From Vitrella brassicaformis CCMP3155 (Eukaryota; Protista; Chromerida), in assembly GCA_001179505.1 (NCBI GenBank), contig CDMY01000387.1:1-64000 (forward strand): a stretch of DNA of 64,000 nucleotides. The letters are read 5' to 3'. The notes under the pieces are model-generated. The model was not told the DNA's origin. It worked only from the letters and a program-made list of their open reading frames with translations, and searched no databases. Shown one piece after another: positions 46,240 through 58,415 of the stretch. The position numbers and the translations under genes were made by a program. Numbering within the stretch: position 1 is the first letter of the stretch; every line of letters begins with the position of its first letter.

Positions 46240-47781
46240 CTAGAGCTCCTGCACCTTGTGGGTTGCGGCCGGCCCCGTGGTCTTGGCGTAGTGTCCGTCT
46301 TCCTTCTTCTGTCGCTGGCCGATGGATGACAGCAGGGCCATGCGGTTGTCCACGATCCGCCGGATGATGTCGCGGAAGGTCAGGATGGGCTCGTCCCCCT
46401 CCTCCCCGCCGCACCGCATGTCAATGGTGCGGTAGATGCCCAGCTTCTTGGCCACGGCGTAGGGGTCATCTGTGTCAGTGCCCGGCTGTTTGCCCAACGA
46501 CAGCTCGTCCAGGATGCTGCCCCCGACCACGACGTGGATGTCGTAGGTGCGGATGAGGTACTCGGACACCTTGCGTGGCGCGCCGATGAGGACCTCGTCG
46601 ACGACCTTCATGGCCAGCACGTTGAGGGTGCGCTCGAGGAGGTTCATGACGGGGAAGCCCACCCCCTTGACGGCCGCGACGGTGCTGTCGTCATAGAGGC
46701 CGACCAGCAGGAAGGTGCCGTGGGTGGCCTTGGCCTGCTGCAGGAACCGCAAATGGCCCACGTGGAAGATGTCGAACGACCCGTCCACGTACACGATGGT
46801 GTCGCCAGGCTGCGGCTTGCGGCCCTGATTGATGAACTGCATCAGCCGGCGCGTGCTCATCAGCGACTGTTTGGACGCCCTGTCCGAGTTGAGCGACCAG
46901 TCGACGTAGTGGGTGCTGGTGGTGGGGCTGGTGGGCGGCTCCAGGGTCGGGGACTCCTCCTTCATGTTCTCAGCTGCCATCAACAGCCGGCTCACCAGCC
47001 GTGTGGTCGATATGCCTTCGGTCCGCTTGAAGATCTTGAGCCGTCCGGCCGCCCTCGGCTCGGCGTAGCAGTCGGAGCCGTCCGCACAGGGGGCGAAGTC
47101 GTCCCCATGCGCCACGTAGTCGCAGCCGGTCTTCTCGAGGAAGGCCATGTCGACGGCATAGGGCGTGCCGACCATGACGTCGTCCACCCACTTGCAGCCC
47201 GAGACGAGCTCGCCCCGCTCCTGCTCGGTGTAGATGGGCCGGATGCCCTTGGTCTGCAAAGCCTCCTCGTCCGACACCACGCCCACCACCAGTCGGTCAC
47301 CCATCGCCCGCGCCTGGCGGATGGCGTTGAAGTGGCCCGAGTGCATGAGGTCGAAGATGCCGTCCGCGTAGATGCTGATGGCCTTGCGCGTCGACGGGAC
47401 GGACGCATACGGCTGAGGGCCGCCGCCACTCGCCACGTTCAGCGCATTCACGGTGTGCTGCAGGGCCTGCAGATCCGCATCCACCACCACACGCGTGCGC
47501 TCATCGATCATCTGCTGCAGGTCAGGCCGCTTCCAGACGGCATCCAGCTCGGCGGCGAGGGCGTCGTCTTCCCGCACTCGGTTGACGAGGGCGATGAGGC
47601 GGTACATGTCGATGGCCGTGGATGCAGATTCCTGCATCCTGAGAAGAGGCCCGTGCTTGCTTAAATCTTCCTCGCCCTCTTCTCTTTTCACCCTTGACGT
47701 AAGCCTGAGCTCGCACCTTTGAGAGTCGATTGTCTCAACACAAGATCCGGAGGTCTCAGGGCATTCATTGATTCCATTCAT
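46240..47781 (-). CDS. PCYT2: Ethanolamine-phosphate cytidylyltransferase (two cytidylyltransferase domains), single exon
   Basis: Uninterrupted 513-aa ORF with IYADGIFDLMHSGHFNAIRQA, KRTEGISTT, and VYVDGSFDIFHVGHLRFL...MNLLERTLNVLAMKVVDEV. Confidence 0.95.
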   Translation of the reverse strand: MNGINECPETSGSCVETIDSQRCELRLTSRVKREEGEEDLSKHGPLLRMQESASTAIDMYRLIALVNRVREDDALAAELDAVWKRPDLQQMIDERTRVVVDADLQALQHTVNALNVASGGGPQPYASVPSTRKAISIYADGIFDLMHSGHFNAIRQARAMGDRLVVGVVSDEEALQTKGIRPIYTEQERGELVSGCKWVDDVMVGTPYAVDMAFLEKTGCDYVAHGDDFAPCADGSDCYAEPRAAGRLKIFKRTEGISTTRLVSRLLMAAENMKEESPTLEPPTSPTTSTHYVDWSLNSDRASKQSLMSTRRLMQFINQGRKPQPGDTIVYVDGSFDIFHVGHLRFLQQAKATHGTFLLVGLYDDSTVAAVKGVGFPVMNLLERTLNVLAMKVVDEVLIGAPRKVSEYLIRTYDIHVVVGGSILDELSLGKQPGTDTDDPYAVAKKLGIYRTIDMRCGGEEGDEPILTFRDIIRRIVDNRMALLSSIGQRQKKEDGHYAKTTGPAATHKVQEL

Positions 47782-48003
47782 CTAATCTTAGTGTCCACAC
47801 GTCGTCTATTCATTGATCAGTCCCGCAGCCGCGCAATGCAAAAACCACCAATACCACTTACAGAGACAATAAAAGCCGATGCTCCCTGCAATGCAGTCAA
47901 TCAGATTTCGGCAACAGCGGTAGGCCATACCCATGTAGCCCTCCATAATATACGATCTCCATCCATGACACCCTGTTCCTCCCAGTGATCCTCCTCCTTA
48001 TGG

Positions 48004-51000
48004 TCAGTCATGCCACGATTCCTCGTCGAGCTCGTCCTCCCCCCAGCCCTCGCCCAGCCCATCGCCATCCACCACCTCATCATCGTCATCGCCCGCATCA
48101 GACACGCTGCCATACGCGCCATACGAGTACCAATCGTACATGTAATCGTTGTAATCGTATGGACCCCCTCGCCATCGTATGCTCTCGAAGGCCTCGATGG
48201 CCTGGCCATCCAAGCCCAGGTCCTGTGAGAGGTACGTCCTGATTGCCGTGTCAGTGTCAGTGCGGCTCGGCGCCCTACGACGCCTGACGCTCCCGGGAGG
48301 CCCCTGGTAGTGGCTGCCGCTGCTGGCTTCGGGCTGCGAGGTCTTGTTATGCTGAGCGATGTAATGGAGAGTAGTGCCTTCACGAATGGCGAAGAGATCC
48401 TCGATCGATAGTGAGAATGACGCCACGCGGCGGAAGGGAGAGGCATCCAGCCGGAAATCTACAACCCGAAACGAACAAGCAGCCAACAGTGGTTTGAAGG
48501 GCGGCATGTGCGTCCCCTCTTTTGTGTGAGTGAGTCACCTTGGTGTGAGCCTGGGAAGATGCCAGCATTCTTGTACTCGCCTTGGCTGGAGCTCAAGAGA
48601 TCCAAATACGCCAACAGTCGGCCCTTCGACTTGCCCTGCACCAATACAACCACGCGACGTGTCACATGTATGTTACATCTGTGATTGGTTGGGGTTGGGT
48701 CGCTGCGTACCAGCCCTGTCAGAGAGTCTTCAGTGTCGTCTGTCTGAAGCTTGGGCTGAGGCGCGGATGCAGGGGTGTACTGCTCGATCGGGTTGCCGTG
48801 GTCATCATACGTCAGCTCTGATGCCTTGTCACGCTCTCGATCCACCAGTCCACCACCACGCTGCATGCATGTACCATATCACCCCCACAGGCACACAGAC
48901 AGACATGTTTCGTAGAAAGGAACGCCCAACCTCTTCTCAGCCCTGCTGCTCACCGATGTGTGGTCCCGGTAGAGAGAAGACAAGGCATTGAGCAGCGGAT
49001 AGCTGAAGCAGCCAAGAACTCCGCCCAGCAGCAGCATTCCTTCGCTCCACTCTAGCCGCCGATTGGTCAGCAGCTGATGACGCCGGCCCTGCTCGCAGCT
49101 CGGGGAAGAAATACACGCGGCTGTGTGTCATCTGGAAGGGGTGGAACATGCCATCATACCGCCACTTGCACTCCTTGGGTGCATACGAGCTGTCGGCAGT
49201 CGAGGATACCGGGAAGCCGGCGAGGGCCAGCGAATGGGTAGAGTGTCCCACCCACAGGCCGAATGAGGGGGAAGGCTGAAAGTAAATTGCAGCCTTTCCA
49301 CACTGTACCTTGAGCTGCTGGCCTCCGACGCCAGGAAAGGCAGAAGGGAGGGTGCGAGGGATAGTAAGGGCTCGGGGGCTAGACAAAGGCCGCTCAGAAG
49401 TCTCAGTCGCGATGGCCTCTGGAATGATCCGCACCTCCGTGCCGAGCCTGCTGTCCAGCCGCACCTCAGTGCCGCTCATGTAGTGCACCACACGAAACCG
49501 AAGCACCTCCTGCCGGCGCCAGACAATGCCAACGTCGCTAGTGACGGGCGTGGGGACATTGTCCTCCCAAGGACCGTGATATGGGAGGCCAAGAGCCACG
49601 ATCGTGTCGCCATGGCGAGGGTCACGTTCAGCCAACCGGTCACGTTCAGCCAACCCTGCAGACAGAAACAACGCATCGGAGATCGTGAGGGCAGACGTGA
49701 AGAGTGGCCTGCTCTTCCTGACAGATGCTTTTCCCCACCTGGCATCGCGACTGCCGACGGACGAATCGCGACTGCCGACCCACGCATCGTGACTGCCGAC
49801 CCACGCATCGCGACTGCCGACCCAACCGGGCCCGTGAGCGGATGAGACACTGGCTGTTGTCGGCGAGCCCTCGTTTCCCTGACACTGAAAAGGGTCGCCC
49901 CCAATCTCTCGGACAGGCGCAGCAGCACGCCGACGAATGGCGACCCTGCGCTCACGAAGAACGACACCTCAGGATGCCAGAAGGGGACGTTGCTCCCAAT
50001 CTCCTCCCCATCAATCTTCTTGGGCGGCGGCTCTTTGCTCGGGTCGAACACCGATGTAGTCAGCCGCTTGCCGTCCGGTGTGAAGGTCTCCAGCCAGATG
50101 GCCGTCGGCAGGGGGTCGGGCGGCTCGCGATGGTAACGTGCCTGACTGACAGGGGAGGGCACCCACGCCTGGCGTGCGGGAGAGGCTCCTAAAGCCCTTC
50201 CTCTCGGCCTGCCCCTCCCTCCACCCCTCCGCCGTGATGGCCAAACGGCTGGTGCTGCTGCTGGGGGTGGGGGTGGGGGTGGTGGAGGCGGGGGGAGAGG
50301 GTTCCACTGTGGCTTCGTCCATACTTGAGTGAACCGAACCAGCACGACACTGCCGTCCACGCCAGCTTTCGTCGGGACCAGCAGCGCCGCGGGGGACAGC
50401 CGCTCGAATGACGAGAGGCTTCCTCGAGGGCTGCCACTTCTGCCTCGAACATCAGGCGGTCCGCCTCGTATGCGGAGACTTCGGGATAGTACCGGCTGTC
50501 ACACCCTCGTGCAGCGCCCTCGTTTGAAGGAGGACTCTTCTTCGGTGGGCGCGCCGCGTGCGACTTGCAGAAGAACGCCCTGCAGACCACACAGTGAGTA
50601 TGCTTCGAGTGATGGTCGGTGTCTGTGCGTCTTGACATACCTGCCGTGTGCCACGAACATAGTGGTGGGGAAGAAGGACAGTCTGCCACAGGGCTTCCAC
50701 TCGTCCGTATGGGCGTCGTAGCGCGACACGAAGGCCTCTGGCGCCTGAACATTGAAGGCAGAGACGCAGTAGAGGCAGCCGTGGAGGACGAAGCCATTGC
50801 CCTCCTCAGACGTCCTGCCTGGCAAAGGGCCTGCACACAAGACAAGACACATGCAGTGAGTGACTCACAGACATCGACCTGCCAGATCTTGCCTCACGTG
50901 ATGGTGTCGGCTTTGGCGTGAATGAAGGAAGCAGCCGCACACGCGTCTTCTTCACCCTTTCCTCCGTCTCACGATCGGCCACCGAGAACTGCTTCCTGTG

Positions 51001-51831
51001 CCACTTGGCGAAGAGGGATGACAGGTTCCTCGGCAGGTCGCCCCAGCACTGCTCCGATGGGGTGCCCAGGAAGAGGACACTTGTGCCGGTGTCCCAGAAG
51101 AAGTCGCGCAGACTGCCCGCACACCACTGCTCCGCCGCGGTAAGCAGTAGGGAGGGGAGGAGGGACGATGGGGGAGGGGCGGAGGGCTCGTCCATGAGTG
51201 GCTGAAGGCCGCATCCCTTGGCAGTGTTGACGAGCCACCTCTCGACACCGTCCCACGGGCCGTTGGCTGCCTCGCCATCACCTCCCTGCAACGCAGATAG
51301 CACGCGGACCAGGAAGTCGAAACCCAGGGCCGATGACGCCTCGTGGACGACGGCACAGGTCACGCCGCCGACTTGGATGAAGGGATTCGAGCTGGATCCG
51401 TGCATTCGGCCCTCGTAAGCTGTGAGGATGTGCTCGAGAGGGGAGCCTCTGAAGAGCTGGAAGGTGGCTGCGGGAATGGCGACGTGGACGCCACGGGGAG
51501 AAGCAGATCCGTCGACAGGTGCCTCCTGCTCCAGGAAGAAGACATTGATACATCCGTCATCGCCAACGTTGGGTCCCTCGATGCTCCCTTCAGCGTATGA
51601 GTGACCATCCGGGTGAAGCAGCGGAGGGTTGAAGGGCGAGGCAGATGACGATGCTGCCGCTGCCATCCCACGAACAACGCTGATTCCAGGGCGGGTTCTT
51701 AACCTCAAGCTCGCATTCAATCCGGCCGGTTTCGGCGAGGATGCTGCCCGGATGAGCTGCTGCGTGTTTTCCAGTCGTGCGGTACTTTCGTGCTTATCTT
51801 CTTGGTCTGCTGCTGGCCGCCGGTGCGGCAT
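48004..51831 (-). CDS. Large hypothetical protein, weak BTB-like N-terminus and kelch-like segment, acidic C-terminus, multi-exon
   Basis: Consecutive long minus-strand ORFs (50806-51837, 50499-50852, 49476-50360, 48937-49671, 48004-48507) are flanked by GT-AG sites. Kelch-like LHGCLYCVSA...VSRYDAHTDEWKPC. Domain calls are weak. Confidence 0.5.
49742..49825. repeat. Minisatellite, 4 x 21 bp (GCATCGCGACTGCCGACCCAC)
   Basis: Four adjacent near-identical units. On the minus strand they encode GSAVAMR-type heptapeptides. Confidence 0.9.
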
Positions 51832-52285
51832 GCTCAAACAGCACCAGCGGTGGACGCCGCAGCACAGTGGATATCATGAATGACAGTCAGGCGCTGGCAC
51901 ACCGTTTGGTCCACGTTATTGGTTGTTGGAGGACACACTCTTCGTTTGTCCGTCTTCTCATGCATGTGTGTGTGGGTGTGTGTGTGCTGCAGATGTGTGT
52001 GGCGGTATTCGACATGCCTGCCTGTGACCCATTCCGAGACCACGCTGGCCGACCAAAGAAGGGTGTCAAGGCGGACCCAGCGATGATTGACACAGCGATG
52101 ATTGACATGACCCACACACATGGCCCGCGCGCACAAGGCATCAGCCGCTCAATCCATGTGTCTGTCACTCAATAAGTAATGCATTGTCGGCCGATGATGT
52201 CTGTCTGTCTGTCTGTTTGTCCGTCTGTCCGTCTGCGTGGCTGTGCGTGGCTGTGTTCGTCTGCTGCTCCACCGATATGCAACGC

Positions 52286-52887
52286 TCACTGGCGGCCTGA
52301 AGCAGACAGAGGCCCAAACACTCGAGGTATTGGCCGTCCGTAGTGGTGCATGACTGAAGACTCACGTACCGGCACTGCGTGTCATGTGTGTCTGCGCCGC
52401 TGCACTCATCGCGCTCAGCTGCTGTGCCATGGTGCTATCCTCCTTGGACCGGTTTGGGTCTGTCACACTCGCAGCGATCGAAGCCGCCCGCATAGACTCA
52501 GCTGCCTTCTCCAAGTTGTTGACGGCATTGCTCTCGTCGCCGCTCGTGGAGATCTCAGCGACAGCCGCGTCAGTGTATCCCTTTGCCGACTGCAAGTCGC
52601 TCATCTGTGTGTGAACACAACAGGATAGTGCATCATTTCAATCATTGCTTCCTGAATTCACTCACTCACTCACTCACTCACTGCTGCCTTTGCCTCCTCT
52701 CACCTCTGCTTCGCTGGCGGTGCTTGGATGAGTGGCCATCGTGACAGCGCCTGCACAGAGGCACAACCATACACAATCATTCATTCGTTGCGTGCTTTGT
52801 TTGATGCGTGAGCACCTCTGCGTCGAGCAGCATTGGCGTTTGACGCCAGGAGGGCAGCGAGAAGCAGCAGGGAGACCATCAACGGCA
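52286..52887 (-). CDS. Small secreted Ala/Ser-rich hypothetical protein (about 140 aa, 4 exons)
   Basis: Signal peptide MPLMVSLLLLAALLASNANA. An in-frame splice path continues to MSDLQSAKGYTDAAVAEIS...NNLEKAAESMRAA. Confidence 0.5.
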
Positions 52888-53418
52888 TCTCGTGGAGAAT
52901 CGATGAGCTTTTCAGCTTTGTTTCCGTTCGAATGACCACCTGAGCACGTACAGAGCACACATGGATGTGTACAGGTGGTGTGTACACGAACCTGTAACCA
53001 CAGAAGGCAATGAGCTCGTGTGTGCGTGATAGTCCTGACTGTGAGTGTGGTGTGCTTACTGGGTGTGTGTAGTGAGTGGCGTGTCCTGAATGTGTGTGTC
53101 CATCCATCTGACTGACTGCATAGATTCATTCAAATGATAATGCATACGGGTGATGTGACATTCATTTGAGTGCATCCAAATATCAATCGGTCCGCCTTAG
53201 ACACCCCCTCCACTCAGACACACACTCCCACCACCGAAGTGCTAGTTAATTCAGACCTCTGCTTCCTCATCCGGCCCATCACTTGAGTGTCATTCATGGC
53301 TCCTCCCTCTCCCTGCCCCTCCCCGTCCTCCTCTCTCTGTCTTTGTCTTTGTCCATCCGGTTGATCATCTCACATCGGTCACCACCATCGAGCAGCAGTC
53401 ACGTGGAGGGACACACAG

Positions 53419-54537
53419 TCAGGACACACCATACTCTAGCACCATTCCTCTGTTGATGACGTCGTTCTCGAGGCTGAAGTGCTGCAGCACGGCACCCCAG
53501 CGGGGCATCGATATGGGGTAGCGGTCGTCGAGCGGCTGAGACCGATCGGCATTCTCATGTCGCTCGGTCGTCGACAGGTCGATGACACCCAAACCAGCAC
53601 ACACAGACCGGCCGACGAACAGTTGGGCAGCGATGGTCTCGTTCGGCCGGAAGCCGCTCACAGTCACAAAACGATAGTCGATTGGGTGGGCATAATTCAG
53701 GTTGCCGTTGTCGAAGCGGTAGTCCACAGCGATCCCCTGCTGCTCGCTGATGGGCTCAGTCAGCAGACAGCGATAGCGGGGATCATTGTCGTTGATGCAT
53801 GCAGTCAGCACCCACCTATGGCCCACCCCCGCCTCACGGTGCCACAGCGTGAGCAGCATGCTCAGCAGGAGTGAGGAGAATGAGCGGTAGAGGTAGTCGG
53901 CCTGGCGCATCACGGGATCGGTCGTCTGGTAGCCGCTGCGATAGGGATTGCCGGCCGGCAGGTCACTCAACGCCACCACACGGAGCGACTGATTGTCGAT
54001 CCGATAGACACCGTTGCCGGCTTGCTGCAGCGCCAGGCTCTGTCCGTGGTAGGTGAGCAAGTGGCCGAACAGCCGATAGATGGCCATGGCGAGCGGCAGC
54101 TGGTGGAAAGATGTTGGGGAGGGCAGCGCATCAGCCGACAGCCGCAGGGGCAGAGGGGCATTGGGTGTGAGCCGATAGATGGCGGCCAGCCGAATGAACC
54201 GCCCCATCGCCCGCCACTCGGCGCCACTGCCCTGCTCCAGCAGATGCACCACCTTCAAGCCGTCCTCCAGACCACCGACGTCGAAGACCAGGACATCTTC
54301 GAGCCCCAGACGACCGATGGCCTCCTGTATGCGCACCTCGACGAGTGTGAGCGCGGCGCTGGCCTTGGCCTGCGGCAATCTGTCGATGCATTGACGAAGC
54401 ATGGCGCGTCTGTCGGAGTGCGGTGACATGGCCATGTCTGCCGCCCTGGTGATGGCAAGGTCGGGCAGAGAGGGGACTGCCGCAGGGGCGGCGGGGGGCT
54501 GGGGAGTGTTGGGGGGCATCGGATGCGACGACGCCAT
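53419..54537 (-). CDS. Single-exon hypothetical protein (about 372 aa), probably member of a lineage-specific family
   Basis: Long uninterrupted ORF with normal coding composition. No universal domain recognised. Confidence 0.75.
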   Translation of the reverse strand: MASSHPMPPNTPQPPAAPAAVPSLPDLAITRAADMAMSPHSDRRAMLRQCIDRLPQAKASAALTLVEVRIQEAIGRLGLEDVLVFDVGGLEDGLKVVHLLEQGSGAEWRAMGRFIRLAAIYRLTPNAPLPLRLSADALPSPTSFHQLPLAMAIYRLFGHLLTYHGQSLALQQAGNGVYRIDNQSLRVVALSDLPAGNPYRSGYQTTDPVMRQADYLYRSFSSLLLSMLLTLWHREAGVGHRWVLTACINDNDPRYRCLLTEPISEQQGIAVDYRFDNGNLNYAHPIDYRFVTVSGFRPNETIAAQLFVGRSVCAGLGVIDLSTTERHENADRSQPLDDRYPISMPRWGAVLQHFSLENDVINRGMVLEYGVS

Positions 54538-55100
54538 CGGTGAGTGAGTGAGAGATCTGAATGAATCAAAAGAGGAAGGACACACCAACGAGTGAATGGC
54601 AATCAGTCAGTCAGACGACAGCCAGGGGAGGGCAAGATGCTCTGCTCACCTCAGACAGACACTGTCACAGCAGAGAGGCGGGGGGAGTGAGCCGTGGTGA
54701 AGGAGTGACTCTGCAGACGCACAGCACAACCGCATGCAGCACCCGCCAGACTGACTGACCCGCCGCTCTGCCTCACCGATGTCAGTCGATGCGATGACGA
54801 GTGAGCGTCATCCATTGCTCCGTCCTGACCATACGTGCAACAGACTGACAGACAGAGACCGGTCTGCACAGCAGACCGTGGGAGATTCATATGTCGTATC
54901 TCCCTCACCCGATGCAGCATTCACATCCCATTCATGACGATTCATATGTTCTTCTTTCCATTCTTCTTTCCACATTCGTCTTCTTTCCTTTCCCCTTCTC
55001 TTTCCACCACCCTCAATGCTCCAGCTCGCATAGCTCGCAACCGCTCCTCGCAGTCGGAATGCCTCTCTCGTGACGGCCCATTGATCTTTTTTCTCCATCG

Positions 55101-58100
55101 ATGGGTAACGAGACGAGTCAGTCGGCGAAGCGCGTCATCACTTACAACAACGGCGACAGGTACCACGGCGAGAGCATCCAGAGGCTCAGACACGGATACG
55201 GCATCTACCAGTACCGGATAGGAGACCGCTACGAAGGGTAGGCACATACGGCCCCTCACAGTGGCAGATCTGACAACCGCGCATCTCTCATCCTGTTTTC
55301 TCTCAGGGAGTGGTTTCGTGACCGCAAGCACGGGTACGGCACCTTCTTCCTTGCCAACGGCGACGTCTACTCGGGCCAGTGGAATGAGGACCGCCGCCAC
55401 GGTCGGGGCATCAGCATCCACGCCAACTGGGACAGATACGAAGGCGAGTACCGGAATGACCTGCGCTGCGGATGGGGCATGCTCGCCGAGCAGTCGGGCA
55501 CCTTCTACGGCCAGTTCCGTGACAACGTCAAGCACGGACACGGCGTCCACCTCTCGGCAGCTGGCGACGTGTTCGGCGAGACGTGGCACTCGGGAGAGAG
55601 GAAGTCGCGCACACCGCTAGAGCAGATGGTGCCCTTCCCTCCTCTCCCGTCATCCGCCCACGCGGCCAAGGCCAAGGGAGCCGCAATCTCAGGCACAGCG
55701 CCGTGCTCGCAGTCGTCAGGGCGGCTGAGTCCCTCTCAGCCCCAGAGCCAGTCAGCCGCGGCCACACTCCCGTCATCCACGCTCAGGCGAGTCACGCCAT
55801 CCGCGTCGTCATCGCGCCACCAGAATGATGCGGACGCCTCTCCCAGCGAGACGGTTGGCCAGCCACTGAAGCCGTCCGCTCACGACCAACTAGCAGAGGG
55901 AGAGAGGGAGGGCGAGGGGGGCGTGTCTGAGGCGTCGCCCGATGAGAGGAATGGAGTGGATGGTTCGACCGGCGAGGAGCAGTCGGAGAGCGCTCCGAGC
56001 CCACCTATGGATGCCCGCGACACAGGCGCTCAGCCTGTTCCCCGGGAGCAGCAGGAGCGGGAGCATGCGTCTGTGGCGTCGGTTGTGTCGACCACCGCAT
56101 CGTCACACACACAGCCGCACTCGTCAAGTGAGGAAGCACTGACGTCAAATAAAACCGTTGTGTGTATGGTCAATACGTGGGTTCTCCGTGGTGTGTGTGT
56201 GTGTATCTTTTTCGTGTCAGTTGTGTCGTGGACGGTTGGTGAGGTGTGTCGTTGGCTGAGCCTCCTCGGCCTCGGGCACCTCACATCGCGATTCATCGAA
56301 CACCACATCACAGGACAGGGTCAGCTGCCAACCCCATCGCATCGACGCACGCAACCATGTGCTGGATGTTTCGCTCTCTGTCTGTTTGTGGGGTTCATCA
56401 GAGTTGTTTGATCTGACGGACAGCGAGTTGATCGAGGAGCTGGGCATCGACAAGCTCGCGCACCGACAGGTCGGTCGGTCAGACGTGCACACAGGAGAGG
56501 AGGGATCAGCGTGTCATCTCTCCTGTCGCTACCTGCTGCATCAGATCCTACTGCAAGCGTCGCAAAACCTCATGCGCTACGAAGTCAAGCGACAAGCCAA
56601 GAAAATCGCCGTAAGCTGCACACGCACACGGCAGCGCTTCGTCCATAGGCATACACACCTTATCTCTTTGTGCTGGTGTGTGGGTCAGTGGACGGACATC
56701 ATAGAGGACCGCGTTCTCCGGCCCTACATCATACCACATGAGCAGCTCAAGAGACTCAAAATGATAGGAGAAGGAGGTACGCCAGCCACACAGCACTCCC
56801 CACAGAGTTGGAGAAATGGTGTGTCTGTCTGTTTGTCAGGCTTCGGTCGTGTGTATTTGGGTGAGTGGGCGGGGAATGAGGTGGCGCTGAAGGAGTTCCG
56901 GCGCACCGGCATCGAGGAGGCCCGGGTGCTGCGTGAGTTCGCCACTGAAGTTTCCACCCTCGCCCAGCTGCGCCACCCCAACATCGCCCTGTTTATGGGC
57001 ATCTGCGTCGAGGCCAAGTACCAGGTAGGTACCCCCAGCTGCTCACGAAGGAGTCACTCGGGTTGGTGGATGTGTCTGGCATGACGCTGTCTGTCGTGTC
57101 AGTGCATAGTGAGTGAGTACGTTGGCAACGGTTCGCTGTTCGATCTGCTGCATCGCCGCCACCAGAAGCTCCAGCAGCTCTCGCTGCTACAGATATGCCA
57201 AGTGGGCGGGGCAAGGCAACCAGATCAGATCGTGCACACCTGACCTACATCAATATCATGTCTGTCTATTTTGTGTGTGTGTGGTATGTGGTGTGCAGGG
57301 CATTTGCTCGGCCATGGCGTATCTGCACGGCCTCGGCATCATACACTGCGAGTAAGCGGCCCAGTCCGGACACAACAACGATAGATAGATGACTCTCGGT
57401 GTAATGTACATATGTGTGTGTGTCTGACACGTGTCTGTCTGCAGCCTGAAGAGCTCCAACATACTGTTGGACTATTCACTAAATCCCAAGCTCTGCGATT
57501 TCGGCCTCGCACTCAACCTGCTCAGGCAACGGGTAGGCACTCACACAAAGACACGAATATGAAAGCTCCCTCGGCTGTATCGTGGCTGTGTGCGCACGTG
57601 CAGTCGTCGAAGCACCGTGGCCGTGTAGGGACGCCGCACTGGATGGCACCCGAGGTGCTCCGTGGGGCGGAGTGCACACCAGCTGCCGATGTCTACTCAT
57701 TTGGAATTCTCCTATGGTATTCTAATCCAATTCACGAGTCCTTCTCTGCTGCACATGCCTGACTGACATCTGCGGGTGTGTGTGTGTGTCGGTGTAGGGA
57801 GATGCTTGGCGTCAAGATTCCCTACGTGGCTCTGTCAGTGCCGCAGATCGTTGCTGCGGTGGGCTGGGGCAAGAAGACACCCGGCTCCCTACCAGACGCA
57901 CCAAGTAAATGCACACACTGCACTCCACTGCACTCCACTGCACTGGGGGCGGAGCGCCCTGCGAATGAATGAATGTATGTGTGTGCTGTGCGCCTGTGTG
58001 TGTGTCCACCAGGGCGTCTGTCGATCATCATGCGGGCCTGCATGAATGACGACCCATCGAAGCGGCCCGACTTCAAGAAACTCCTGAACGTAAGACACAC

Positions 58101-58415
58101 CGACACACCAAAACAGACAGACAGACAGACAGACCTATAGCGAAGACAACCACGACGGTCGGGCATGTTGAGTGCCTATCATTCCACCCTCTTCATTTTG
58201 TTTCACTGCAGGTGTTCGGCGACATGCTGGAGGAGTGCTGTGACCGTCGGTGCAGCGTCGACCAAGCTTTCCTGGATGGCTACGGCAACCTAGAGCACCA
58301 CCTCAGCGGCTCCCATGCGCTCTCCCTCCGCTCTGCCAGCGCCATGGCCGCCGCGGCCAACCGCTCCTCCCTATCTGGTGCGAGCACATCCCTCATGCAC
58401 GTGCCTGTCCACTGA
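55101..58415 (+). CDS. MORN-repeat + SAM-domain tyrosine kinase-like (TKL) protein kinase
   Basis: MORN repeats (NGDRYHGE, GDRYEGEW, NGDVYSGQW), SAM (WTVGEVCRWLSLLGLGHL...F....ITGSELFDLTDSELIEELGI), and kinase GEGGFGRVY, VALK, HCDLKSSN, DFG, GTPHWMAPE, DVYSFGIL. Confidence 0.92.

Noticed and set aside
46534-47664. 376-aa plus-strand ORF
   Set aside because: Antisense shadow of the GC3-rich ECT gene; no domain.
49742-49825. Repeat array as possible CRISPR
   Set aside because: Units are directly adjacent with no spacers, the context is eukaryotic, and no cas genes are present.
51777-52175. Plus-strand ORF with signal-peptide-like start (YLLGLLLAAGAAC)
   Set aside because: Non-ATG start, overlaps the antisense 5' end of the 48004-51831 gene, and has no convincing domain.
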